From: Bacteroidales bacterium
GTDB lineage: Bacteria; Bacteroidota; Bacteroidia; Bacteroidales; F082
DNA length: 64,000 nt
Assembly (NCBI GenBank): GCA_017530365.1
Contig: JAFXMK010000034.1
Location: 3,328-67,327 of the forward strand
Direction: 5' to 3'
Part shown: piece after piece, positions 25,259-35,500 of the stretch
Position numbering within the stretch: the stretch's first letter is position 1
Layout: each line of letters begins with the position of its first letter
The notes under the pieces: generated by a model
Database searches by the model: none
The model's input: only the letters and a program-made list of their open reading frames with translations
Told to the model about the DNA's origin: nothing
Made by a program: the position numbers and the translations under genes

Positions 25259-28200
25259 ATGAAACACATATTGGCACTCGTCATTTTGCTTTCTTCTTAT
25301 ATGATAGCCAAAGGAGAACATTACCATTATCTAACCAAAGCACTAAATGGAAATGCAGATTATCACTATACAGCCAACAGCCACATCACATTGGCGCCTG
25401 GATTCTCAGCCAACCCGACCAACGGCCACGAAGTCCTACTAGATATCGACAGCTACGATATTTCACCGCCTAGCACTGGAATCACGGGAGGAGCTGCCAA
25501 CAACAATTCCGACGGCGTAGTCGGGACACTTGGAGGTAATGTGGACGTCAGTCTATTAGGCGGCGCTGTTTATACGATCCCCATAGATTTACCAGATGGA
25601 TTGGGGAAGATTAAGCCACAACTAAGCATCTCTTACAATAGTCAAGGAAGAAATGGACTGCTGGGATGGGGATGGGATCTCTGCGGCATCTCCTCCATCA
25701 CTCGGTCAGGAGGGTCGATTTACCATGATGGTTATGTCAGTGCAGTCAATTACACTGATGACAGGTTTTGTCTTGACGGTCAACGACTGCTGATGGTTAA
25801 CGGTGGTAATTATGGCGGCAACGGAACCTCATACCGCACCGAGCTAGATCAGATGAGCAAGATCGTCTCTTATCATGAATCAGGAGTCAATGGGACCTCA
25901 TACTTCAAAGTCTGGAACGCTGATGGCAAGATCCTGTACTATGGTTCCTCTGCTGACTCCAAAGCACTGATAAGCAGCCAGAAAAACGTGAATGTCTGGT
26001 TGCTAAAGAAAGTTGAAGATCGTTATGGCAATCAGATGGAATACCATTACAGCAACGACCAAAACTCCTACAGAATTGACAGGATCACCTATTCAGGCAA
26101 CAGCAACGACAATGTCGCACCGGCTTTCACTGTAAAGTTTCACTATGAAAATCGTGATGATTCAGAAATCGCTTATATAGGAGACCGTCTCCAAAAAAAA
26201 GACGCCCTGCTCAAAAAAATCAGCGTGAGCAATGGCAACTCCCCAATGAGTTCCTATGAATTCACCTACCAAAAGCCCCAACCTCAGAACGGCTATTACT
26301 ACCATTTACTTACCAAAGTACAGTATTCGGCTGGACAGGAGCATTTCAACCCAACCATCATCCAATGGGGCTCAAACAATTATTTCAACACCGCCAATTC
26401 CCAGTTGGTGATGAATGTAGTTTCTGACACTATCGACAATGCTTTTACCAATGCAGTCAAATTCAGTGGCGATTTCAATGGGGATGGTTTCTCAGACGTT
26501 GTTGCACTACTCCCCAATTGGTTTGGTGCCTATACAACAGCAAACGTCTTCATCAATAAAGGCTCCGACAACGAACTACAGTTTAAGCTTGTCAAATCCA
26601 TACAACTCAAACCCAACATCAGCTGGATCCATGTTGCAGACTTCAACGGAGACGGATTGGATGACATACTTTGTTCGTACAGAACCCGCACTGCGACCTT
26701 CTTTCCTGATGTTATCGAAACAGAAATCTATCTTAGCAGGAGCACCTCTTCGGGAACGCATTTGTTTTCCCTCTATCAAATACCTGTCGTCCGAGTGCCA
26801 TCCGAGATGGTAGAAGCACATATTGTCGGGGATTTCTTTGGCGAAGGCAAATGCTCTTTTTTAATCCAAACTGCAGAAGATGAAGTAGCCAATCATTTAT
26901 CCTTTCTATACTCATACGATGAGTCCGAAGACCTATTCCGCATCCAACCATTTTATCATCTTCTGATCGCAAACCGTTATTATCCCGCTGATTTCGACGG
27001 AGATGGAATAACAGAAATACTATTCAAAAACGATGATGGCAAATCCTGTATAGTCAAACTCAAAAACGACGGTGAAGGGCTTCATTTTTCCGAACTATAC
27101 GCAGGGGCTCCTGTTGATTGGGACGATTGCTTTCCCGGCGATTATAACGGAGATGGAATGACCGACGCGTTGTTTTTCACTAACGGCGCCTCAAAACCAT
27201 GGACGATATGGCTTTCAAACCGAACGGGAATCAGTGCAAGCAACTACACCTTACCATCAAGTTTTCCTTATAGCTCACCAGGAAATTACACGTTCTCCTT
27301 AGACAACCCCCATCACACCACTCAATACATCAAAATCGGAGATTATGACGGTAATGGCAGCTCGGACATCTCACTGTATTACGACAACATGTTTTATGTG
27401 TACTATGGTCCGATAAGAGAGACTAGCAACGACACTCCGTTTGCAAATGTCCAGAGAATCAGCGCGCAGCAATTCACCATCCATGACAACATGAATGTAT
27501 GCCTTGGCAACTTTTTGGGACAAGAAGGCCTGTCTTTTCTGGGTTGCAACAAGCTATCGCATCTCCCACAAATGACTTGGCGTCAGGAAGTAAAATACAT
27601 CATCAATGGAATGGGTTGCAAAACAGAACTAAGCTACGACTATCTCATGCCCAACCTGATTAATCCATCAGAAGAGGATTTCTTTCATCCATTCACTCCT
27701 TCCTCTGACCCTTACAGGCAAATACTCAGCATCAGCTTACCCATAAGAGCCATGAAAAAAGCCATCACATACAACATAAACGGAAAACCTGTTGAAACTC
27801 GATGTCGTTATGGAGGAGCTTTGTTGCACAAACAAGGGAAAGGGTTTCTTGGATTCAACCAAACTTATCAGGAAGAATATTGCAACAACCAATTGCAAAA
27901 AACGACCACCCAACTCTATGAAATCTTCTACACCGACGACATCATACACCCCATGATAACCGAGAAACAAGTTTATAACAGGAGCGGCCAACTAATGGCA
28001 AAATCGACCTTTTCCAACTTGCTTATCGCCAATCAAAACAACGGCAAAGTCTTCATCCCCATATCCATGGAAGCCAAGGAAGAGTATGACATAAAACAGC
28101 CAACCAGCCTGATAAAAAAGGAAATCAACGAGATCTCCTATTCGACCGATTGCTCCAATTCACTGAAATACAATGAAGTTCTCAGTGTCACGCGACAGGC

Positions 28201-31200
28201 CAAAGGCGTAACAGATCATCAAAACTACACTTTAGTCAGCAGCTGTGAATTCCAAGAGACCACCACGATAGACTACGCCGACAACAACTTAAACACTTGG
28301 CTTATCAACAGGCCATTGAAGACAACTCGAACAATCCACCGCAACGGTGACTATGATGATATTTGTTCTCAGAAGCGCTTTACCTACAACAGCAACAAGC
28401 CATATCAAATAACATCCATCATCGAATTGCCAAATGACGGATCCCTGCCCAGCGACCCCTTGGCAACAAAGACAGATTTAATCTACGACCCCGTGGGAAA
28501 CATCATTTCAAAAACCATCAGCACGCCCAACTCCAACCTCGAGTCCAAAAGAGAACTGTTCGAGTACAGTAAAACTTACGGACGTCGTTTGCTCACCAAA
28601 TACACAGATGTCTTGCATCAAACCAGCACCCACACTTATGATCCAGTGTATAACTATCGCAATTCCACAACTGATTGCCATGGACTGACCACACTTTACG
28701 AGGAAGATCCTTTGGGGGTCACTTCCAAAACCCTTTATCCCGATGGAACTGTCGCTTACAAAGCACTGCGATGGGGCAGCGACTACTATTTTTCATGGGA
28801 AAAGAAGACAGGGCAACCATCCAAAATCACCAACTTTGCATGGACTGGAGACCCCGTGAAAAGCAAAAGCTACGACATCAACGGAGACTGGGTGTTCAAC
28901 GACATTCAATACGATGATTTCGGTAGGATCACAAGAAAAACCGCTCCCCATAGACTCGGTGAAGATGTGACATCCACGATTTACGAATACGATGAGCACA
29001 ACCAGGTCAACAAGATCACACATGCTGATGGCACCTACGAAACCATCGAGCAAAATGGCAACACGAAAAGCACTTCCCTCCATACCCGTGACGGCAATAT
29101 ACAGTCAGAATCCAAAACATTCAACATCATGGGCTGGGTCGTCAAAAGCACCGATACGGAAGGGAATAGCGTCATCAACGATTATTATCCAGACGGGAAA
29201 CCTAAATGGTCTCAAATAGAAGGTCGAGATGAGACCCGAATGGAGATGACTTACGACGCTCTGCGCAATCGCACTTCCCTGCTTGATCCCAATTACGGAT
29301 TGACAGTTTATGAATACAATGCCTTCGGAGAGTTGACCAAGCAAATCACGCCTAAAATGGACGAAACCACCTACTATTATGACGCCGCGGGGAACCTTAC
29401 CAAACGGGTAGAAACCGATAAAAAGAAGAACACCTCTGAGACCACCGAATGGTTTTATGGTTCGGGACAAGCAGACCACGGCTTATTGGTCAAAGTCACT
29501 TCAGCCAATCAAATCATTGATTATGAATATGACAGCTTGCTCAGACTGTCAAAGACAACAGAAAACTGCTTGGGTGACACCTATCACACAGTTTATACTT
29601 ATGACGAGGCATCAAGAATCTCGAGCATCATCTACCCTTCCGATTACATGGTCAACTATATTTACACTTCAGAGGGTTACTTGAGATGCGTTCAGGATTC
29701 AGAATCACACAATCTATGGCGGACCTCCCAAACCAACGCTTTACTCCAGCCAACCTTTTATATTACCGGAAACGGGTTTGACACCCACTTGAATTATAAT
29801 GACAGCAGCCATCTATTAGAATCGATATGCACCACACACAAAGGCCAAGTCATTCAAGACTATCTCTACGAGTATGACGATTATTCAAATATGATTCGTC
29901 GAAACGACTTGAAGAACTCCTCAAAAGAGAGCTTTACATACGATGACTTAAACCGATTGACCAGTGTAACTGACGAGCACGGAACCAGTGTATTCAATTA
30001 TGATCAGTTGGGGCGAATGACCTCCAAAAGCAGCCCGAGCGGGACCGTCTTTACCAATGCCGACTATTCTGGAGCCAAGCCACATGCTATCAAATCCGTC
30101 CAATCGCCCAATGGGACATTCCCTCAGGCACGCATGGACATTGTATTCAATTCGTTTGACAAGGTATCTTCCATCAGCGAAGGAACGAACCAGGTGTCTT
30201 TTGAATATGGCATTGATCATCAACGCATCCAAACCGTTGAGCATATAGAAGGAGCCACAAGATGCAAAACCCATGTCAACAATTGCGAATTCATTGTCAA
30301 CCAAGGAGGAAACCGTATCACGAGGACCTTCCTTTCAGGCCCGACAGGCATTTTTGCTGTGGCCGAGACCATCAACGGTGACACCGAACTTCATTACATC
30401 CACAAGGACCACCTTGGCAGTTGGAACATCATTTCAGATAGTAAAGGTAACATCGAACAAGAAAACCATTTCGATGCTTGGGGCAATTGCGACCACGAGG
30501 ACCATCTGCTATTCGACAGAGGATACACCGGGCACGAACACATCAAAGGCATGAGGCTGATCAACATGAACGGACGGCTTTACGATCCCGTCACTTCTTC
30601 CATGCTTAGTCCCGACAACAACATTCAACTACCCGACTACTCTCAGAACCTCAATCGATATTCGTATTGCCTCAATAACCCATTAAGCTACATAGATCCA
30701 GATGGCAACAGTTTCATAGGAACTGCTCTCGCCTTATACTTGGTTTTTGGCACCGACTATGGTTACGAACTGCAAAAGTGCATTTCCCCTGCTGCTTTTC
30801 ACGTTAGCTTACACTTAAGCACACAACAGATCGGAATAGGGTTTGACATTTCCTTAGGTATGCCAAAGAGCAACCCCATAAGTTTTCGTTGGCATTTTGG
30901 AGCCACTTATTATGCTCGTTTCTACGACAGAAGCTTTTGTGGGTTAGAGCTCCGGACTGGCATGGAACTCTATTTCTTCGGGATCTTTGGGTTATCTGGC
31001 ACCTATTACAAATCTGGAGAGATCACACAAACCACCAATTCCCTTATTATTGGGAATGAAAACTGGGGCGTCACCTACGAAAACGATTACATGTTTCATT
31101 TGGGAGACAATGCACTTGGCATCTTTGCCTCCGACAATGGAGACCGTTACCGTTCTGCAGCTGTAAAAATCCGAATCAGTCGATTTGTTGAAATCGGTGT

Positions 31201-31513
31201 CAATTTGTTTACTGGCGATCCTGGATTGTCACATTATGACCGCAATGTTCACTATGACCCCAAGAACAACAAACCCACTTATTGCATGGGCAGAAACGGA
31301 GAAAACCCCGATGAATACAGGGCTGGCGTCTTATATGTTGGGTATGGACCTTTTAGGATTGGACAAAATGGCGAAAAGATACGCAACCTATTCCAGAATC
31401 GCTTTGCCCATGATTTCTTATGCCACGGCGACTCTCCCTATTTCAAAGTATTGGATAGGCCTGGGCAATGCTTCTTCTATTGTGGAACTGGAACTGGCAA
31501 CTCCCTTTGGTAA
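25259..31513 (+). CDS. SpvB/FG-GAP/RHS-repeat polymorphic toxin (fused TcB-TcC-like cocoon protein) with variable C-terminal domain
   Basis: 2084 aa with a signal peptide. SpvB/TcB N-terminal block: GGAVYTIPIDLPDGLGKIKPQLSISYNSQGRNGLLGWGWDLCGISSITR. Five FG-GAP/VCBS loops: GDFNGDGFSDV, ADFNGDGLDDI, ADFDGDGITEI, GDYNGDGMTDA, GDYDGNGSSDI. Many YD repeats. The RHS core is DHLGSW...YTGHEHIKGMRLINMNGRLYDP...NRYSYCLNNPLSYIDPDGN. Confidence 0.9.
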   Translation: MKHILALVILLSSYMIAKGEHYHYLTKALNGNADYHYTANSHITLAPGFSANPTNGHEVLLDIDSYDISPPSTGITGGAANNNSDGVVGTLGGNVDVSLLGGAVYTIPIDLPDGLGKIKPQLSISYNSQGRNGLLGWGWDLCGISSITRSGGSIYHDGYVSAVNYTDDRFCLDGQRLLMVNGGNYGGNGTSYRTELDQMSKIVSYHESGVNGTSYFKVWNADGKILYYGSSADSKALISSQKNVNVWLLKKVEDRYGNQMEYHYSNDQNSYRIDRITYSGNSNDNVAPAFTVKFHYENRDDSEIAYIGDRLQKKDALLKKISVSNGNSPMSSYEFTYQKPQPQNGYYYHLLTKVQYSAGQEHFNPTIIQWGSNNYFNTANSQLVMNVVSDTIDNAFTNAVKFSGDFNGDGFSDVVALLPNWFGAYTTANVFINKGSDNELQFKLVKSIQLKPNISWIHVADFNGDGLDDILCSYRTRTATFFPDVIETEIYLSRSTSSGTHLFSLYQIPVVRVPSEMVEAHIVGDFFGEGKCSFLIQTAEDEVANHLSFLYSYDESEDLFRIQPFYHLLIANRYYPADFDGDGITEILFKNDDGKSCIVKLKNDGEGLHFSELYAGAPVDWDDCFPGDYNGDGMTDALFFTNGASKPWTIWLSNRTGISASNYTLPSSFPYSSPGNYTFSLDNPHHTTQYIKIGDYDGNGSSDISLYYDNMFYVYYGPIRETSNDTPFANVQRISAQQFTIHDNMNVCLGNFLGQEGLSFLGCNKLSHLPQMTWRQEVKYIINGMGCKTELSYDYLMPNLINPSEEDFFHPFTPSSDPYRQILSISLPIRAMKKAITYNINGKPVETRCRYGGALLHKQGKGFLGFNQTYQEEYCNNQLQKTTTQLYEIFYTDDIIHPMITEKQVYNRSGQLMAKSTFSNLLIANQNNGKVFIPISMEAKEEYDIKQPTSLIKKEINEISYSTDCSNSLKYNEVLSVTRQAKGVTDHQNYTLVSSCEFQETTTIDYADNNLNTWLINRPLKTTRTIHRNGDYDDICSQKRFTYNSNKPYQITSIIELPNDGSLPSDPLATKTDLIYDPVGNIISKTISTPNSNLESKRELFEYSKTYGRRLLTKYTDVLHQTSTHTYDPVYNYRNSTTDCHGLTTLYEEDPLGVTSKTLYPDGTVAYKALRWGSDYYFSWEKKTGQPSKITNFAWTGDPVKSKSYDINGDWVFNDIQYDDFGRITRKTAPHRLGEDVTSTIYEYDEHNQVNKITHADGTYETIEQNGNTKSTSLHTRDGNIQSESKTFNIMGWVVKSTDTEGNSVINDYYPDGKPKWSQIEGRDETRMEMTYDALRNRTSLLDPNYGLTVYEYNAFGELTKQITPKMDETTYYYDAAGNLTKRVETDKKKNTSETTEWFYGSGQADHGLLVKVTSANQIIDYEYDSLLRLSKTTENCLGDTYHTVYTYDEASRISSIIYPSDYMVNYIYTSEGYLRCVQDSESHNLWRTSQTNALLQPTFYITGNGFDTHLNYNDSSHLLESICTTHKGQVIQDYLYEYDDYSNMIRRNDLKNSSKESFTYDDLNRLTSVTDEHGTSVFNYDQLGRMTSKSSPSGTVFTNADYSGAKPHAIKSVQSPNGTFPQARMDIVFNSFDKVSSISEGTNQVSFEYGIDHQRIQTVEHIEGATRCKTHVNNCEFIVNQGGNRITRTFLSGPTGIFAVAETINGDTELHYIHKDHLGSWNIISDSKGNIEQENHFDAWGNCDHEDHLLFDRGYTGHEHIKGMRLINMNGRLYDPVTSSMLSPDNNIQLPDYSQNLNRYSYCLNNPLSYIDPDGNSFIGTALALYLVFGTDYGYELQKCISPAAFHVSLHLSTQQIGIGFDISLGMPKSNPISFRWHFGATYYARFYDRSFCGLELRTGMELYFFGIFGLSGTYYKSGEITQTTNSLIIGNENWGVTYENDYMFHLGDNALGIFASDNGDRYRSAAVKIRISRFVEIGVNLFTGDPGLSHYDRNVHYDPKNNKPTYCMGRNGENPDEYRAGVLYVGYGPFRIGQNGEKIRNLFQNRFAHDFLCHGDSPYFKVLDRPGQCFFYCGTGTGNSLW
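30710..31510 (+). other. C-terminal cargo (toxin) domain of the RHS protein, family not assigned
   Basis: 267 aa after the DPDGN boundary of the RHS core. It starts with a hydrophobic stretch (FIGTALALYLVFG) and is Gly/aromatic-rich (GATYYARFY, GIFGLSGTYY, GVLYVGYGPFRIG). I recognise no catalytic motif. Confidence 0.6.
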
Positions 31514-31522
31514 AAGCAGCAA

Positions 31523-31549
31523 GAGAGGCCGGTCTAATATCGGCCTCTC
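31523..31549. terminator. bidirectional hairpin between the convergent RHS and transglutaminase-like genes
   Basis: GAGAGGCCG-gtctaatat-CGGCCTCTC. It overlaps the last codons of the minus-strand gene. Confidence 0.6.
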
Positions 31550-32568
31550 CTGTTTCTTTGATTCAACTTCATTTCAAAATACTGTTCTGCAATGTCATCT
31601 CCCATAACAGTGATTTGGATTACCGAATCCTTATCAACCATACACTGGAAACGTATTGTCTGACTTTTTTCCTCGCCCTCCAACATATCATCCAACGGGA
31701 ACAGTTCATCCAACATGACCTTGTCTTTCCGATGATTATAACCTGTGACCAGCACATGCAAACGCAAACCATTCGCCTCTGTCGGTCCAGCATTCATAAA
31801 ATCCATTTTCAACGCACAGTTGGCTTTCCGAAATACCAGTGTAGGTTCCGACTCAAAACTTACACCTTTGACCATTACAATAGGATTCATCCTTATAGGA
31901 GCCAATTCAAAAACCGTCGAGTTGTATTGTTCGGGAATCTGCCCTATCTCCCATCCCGAAGCAGTTGTTTCCAAATAATAATACCGCTTGCCGTCATGCT
32001 CCAAATAGGATCCCGAATCAATGGAATCGCAGCGCACGCCCAACGCGACATGGTCAGGAACCGAAAGAAGCACGAAGTCAATTCCCATCTCGTGAAGCAG
32101 GGCGCCCAACAACACCGCCTTATCCTCACAATCTCCTTTACCATCCGCAATGGTCTCCAATGGATAACGGACATATTCCTCCCGGCCTTTGGATTCTTCA
32201 TCCAATACGTAGGGCAAGGACTGTACAAATGTCAACGCCTGTTTTATCCGTCCCACATCCGATGTAATTGTATCCGCCACCTGAGCAGCCAATTGCCTCA
32301 CGGTCTTTCTGCCCTTTTCCGAAAACATGAAACCATAATAAGCAGTGATGCCTCCTTGATTCTCCGAAAACATGCCATCATAGCGATAAGCCAAGTGTTC
32401 CCTGTTTCTTCTATAATAGTCAAGCAACTGCTTATCGATGGTCACGGAACAGTTTCTCTCATGCCCATCACAATTCCATGAATAATGACATGTCAAGCTA
32501 TCAGTTGCCGAAGCCACAACCGAAAGGCTAACAAACCATAGGGAAAACAAAAGGATGATTCTATTCAT
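31534..32568 (-). CDS. secreted transglutaminase-like (papain-fold Cys-His-Asp) domain protein
   Basis: 344 aa, signal peptide MNRIILLFSLWFVSLSVVASA. Core pattern: YPLETIADGKGDCEDKAVLLGALLHEMGIDFVLLSVPDHVALGV...YYYLETTASGWEIG. This matches the nucleophile Cys and downstream His/Asp of transglutaminase-like domains. The C-terminal ~110 aa are beta-rich. Confidence 0.65.
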   Translation of the reverse strand: MNRIILLFSLWFVSLSVVASATDSLTCHYSWNCDGHERNCSVTIDKQLLDYYRRNREHLAYRYDGMFSENQGGITAYYGFMFSEKGRKTVRQLAAQVADTITSDVGRIKQALTFVQSLPYVLDEESKGREEYVRYPLETIADGKGDCEDKAVLLGALLHEMGIDFVLLSVPDHVALGVRCDSIDSGSYLEHDGKRYYYLETTASGWEIGQIPEQYNSTVFELAPIRMNPIVMVKGVSFESEPTLVFRKANCALKMDFMNAGPTEANGLRLHVLVTGYNHRKDKVMLDELFPLDDMLEGEEKSQTIRFQCMVDKDSVIQITVMGDDIAEQYFEMKLNQRNRRGRY

Positions 32569-32596
32569 GCTAAATAGAACTCTCCAAAGGCAGCTT

Positions 32597-35500
32597 TTAT
32601 TTTCCCCAATAGCGGAATTCTTTCACTTCCTTCATCAATTCCTTAACGGCAGCCTCCAATTGCTCATCCTCACCTTTCGCCATCTTTTCAGGTGTATTGC
32701 GCACTTTGACATCAGGTTCCAGCTGGGTGTTTTCCAACCAATTGCCCTGTTCGGTGCGATAACCCACGACAGGCAAACCGAAATAAAGCGACGGATCTTG
32801 CAAGGTCTCCCAGGTCACACTCGACATGGTGCCAGGCACTGGCATACCGATGAGGCGACCCATCTTCTTGTAGTTGTAAACCCAAGGTGTACCATGGGCG
32901 TTGCTATAGTTGGCCTCACCGATGATCATCACCGAAGGTTTGTTGTAGCGTCTCGAAGGCATCACGCAAGCCACGCTGTCGTTGATGACCTGCTCTAGAT
33001 ACTTCTCGCCGCTGAAGAGGATTTCGATGTCCTCATGCAGACGACCACCTCCATTGAAACGGGTGTCGATGACGATACCGTCACAGAGATTGTATTTACC
33101 TAGGATTTGTGAATACACGTCACGATAGCTGGCATCACCCATGCTACGGATATGGACATAACCCAGCCGTCCTTTTGACAGCTTCTTGACGGTTTCTTCA
33201 TTATGCTTCACCCAGCGGTTGTAGAGCAGCTCGTTCATTGCGCCATGGCTGATGGGCTTCACGGTCTCGTCCCAACTGCTCTTACCCTCCGAAACGGTCA
33301 CCAGCACCGTTTTACCTGCCTTGTTGTTGAGCAAGGGATAGTAGTCCATACCTTTCTTGATCTCCACACCATCGATTTTTTCGATGATGCAACCCGCTTT
33401 CACCTTCGACTTGTTCTTGTCGAATGGGCTACCCTCAACCACCTCAGCGATCTTGAGTCCATCACCGCGATAATCAAGGTCAAGCAGCACGCCGAACTCT
33501 GCCGTGGCATCACCCCCACGATTGGCAGGACGATAACCCGAACCGGTATGCGACACATTCAGCTCGCCCAAAATCTCGCTCAACATCTCGGAGAAGTCGT
33601 AGTTGTTGTTGATATGCGCCAAGAACGGCTGGTAGGCCTTTTTCATCATGTCGAGGTCCACGCCATGGTGGTCTTTCATGAAGAAACGTTTCTCTATCTG
33701 AAGAAACACATGGTTGAACATGTATTCGCGCTCTTCTGTGAGGTTAAGCTCCATGGTGGCGTCGTGTTTGATGGAGATGGACTTCCCACCCTTATCAATC
33801 TTTTGCATGTTGCCTCCCGAGAGCAGGAAGATGTTGTCACCCTGCACTTTGATTCCAGCGCCGCCTTGTCCCAGCTTCTTGAGGATCTTCATCGATTTGT
33901 CGCGGACGTCCATCTCCCAGAGGTCGTAGCCTTTCTCAAACGAAGTCATGAAATAGAACTTCTCGCCATCGGTCGAGAGGCCCATCCCACTGAGGTTCGA
34001 CGACATGGGGGTAAGTCGCATCACGCGATCCTGAAGATGCTCCAAATCAATCTCAATGGGTTTGGTTTCTTTCGATTTATCGTCTTTCTTGTCATCTTTT
34101 TGGTCGTCCTTCTTTTCCTTCTTGTCTTTTTTGTCATCTTTAGCCTTGTCTTTGTCCTTGTCCTTGGCGCTTTTTTCGGTTTCTTTCAGCAGTGCATATT
34201 CCTCTTTCGTGAGCCGGAACTTATCGTATGCTTCTTGATTGAGGAAAGCAATGAAAGCATCATTCTGACTGCCCCACGAGGCATGGGAACGCATGCCGTA
34301 TCGATTGGAGCGATAGATGATGGCATTGCCATCCATGGCCCAATGCGGGTTGCCGTCAATATAGGCACTCTCGGTAATGTTATAGATCTTTTGTGAGCCA
34401 TCAGCCTTCACGATGCCGATATCTGAATAAGGATCACGCATGTGAGTGATCAAGGTCAACACGAACCATTTCCCGTCGGGGCTCCACTCGTAGGAGAAAC
34501 CATAGTCACCCGTCTCGTAATGCTGGCTGCCATCAGTGATGGTGCGCATCTCTTTAGTCTCGGTGTTATAGACTTTCAGGACATTGCGGTTCTCAATGAA
34601 AGCGATCTCCTTACCATCAGGTGAATAGCACGGGGCGATACGTTCCACACCATCGTTATCGAACAGCGGCTTCTCGTCGATCAAGGTGGCGTAAGTAAAA
34701 TTGTAGTCCTCCTTACGCTCAATGCTGGCTTGGTAGAGGTTCCAATATCCATCGCGTTCAGAAGCATACACCAAGGTACGGCCATCCTTTGAGAACGAAG
34801 GACTGCGTTCGGGTTGGGGCGTATGGGTAATCTGTTTGGTGGTGGCATATTCGTCCGTACCGGTGACAAACACTTCTCCGCGTGAGGTGAAAGCCACAAG
34901 TTTTCCGTCCTGGCTCAGGTCGAAACCACTTACCCCGCCAAAGCTTTTCTTCTCCAGCTGCTCTGCGGGCTGGTCGTTGACGATTTCAACATGAACCTTT
35001 TTCGGTTTCTCGCCTACATGATGCGCATAGATCTCTCCCATGTAGCCATAGCAAATCACCCCATTGTTAGCCACGCTCAAGAAGCGCACTGGATGGGTCT
35101 TGTATCGAGTCACCGCTTCAGCTTTTTCAAGATTGTCGATGGGAGCCTTGTAAACGTTGAAACTACCGCCATTACGCTCACTTAGGAACACCACTTCTTG
35201 GTATCCAGGCAGATAACGAGGGTCACGGTCCTCTCCCACATTGGAAGTCAAGATGGTATGGGTGTTTTTCTTTGCATCAAAATACACCACATCGCGAGCC
35301 ACCGACGACACATGATGCTTGCGCCACACATTCTCACTGCCTTTTCTGTCGTAATAGAGGAATGACTTGCCATCCTTGTCGAACGACATGCTGCAAACCG
35401 GCTCTGCCACCACCTGTTCGGGGAGACCTCCCTTGATGTTAACCTTATACAATTCGGTAATCCAAGATGCAGGGAACTGCACATTGTCAGCGCCTTTCTG

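Noticed and set aside
31468-32481. 337-aa plus-strand ORF immediately after the RHS toxin, in the position where an immunity gene would be expected.
   Set aside because: It starts inside the toxin's last codons and runs through the terminator hairpin. It is the exact antisense of the well-formed transglutaminase-like gene. Its translation (R/H/I/Q/S-rich) has no protein-like features.
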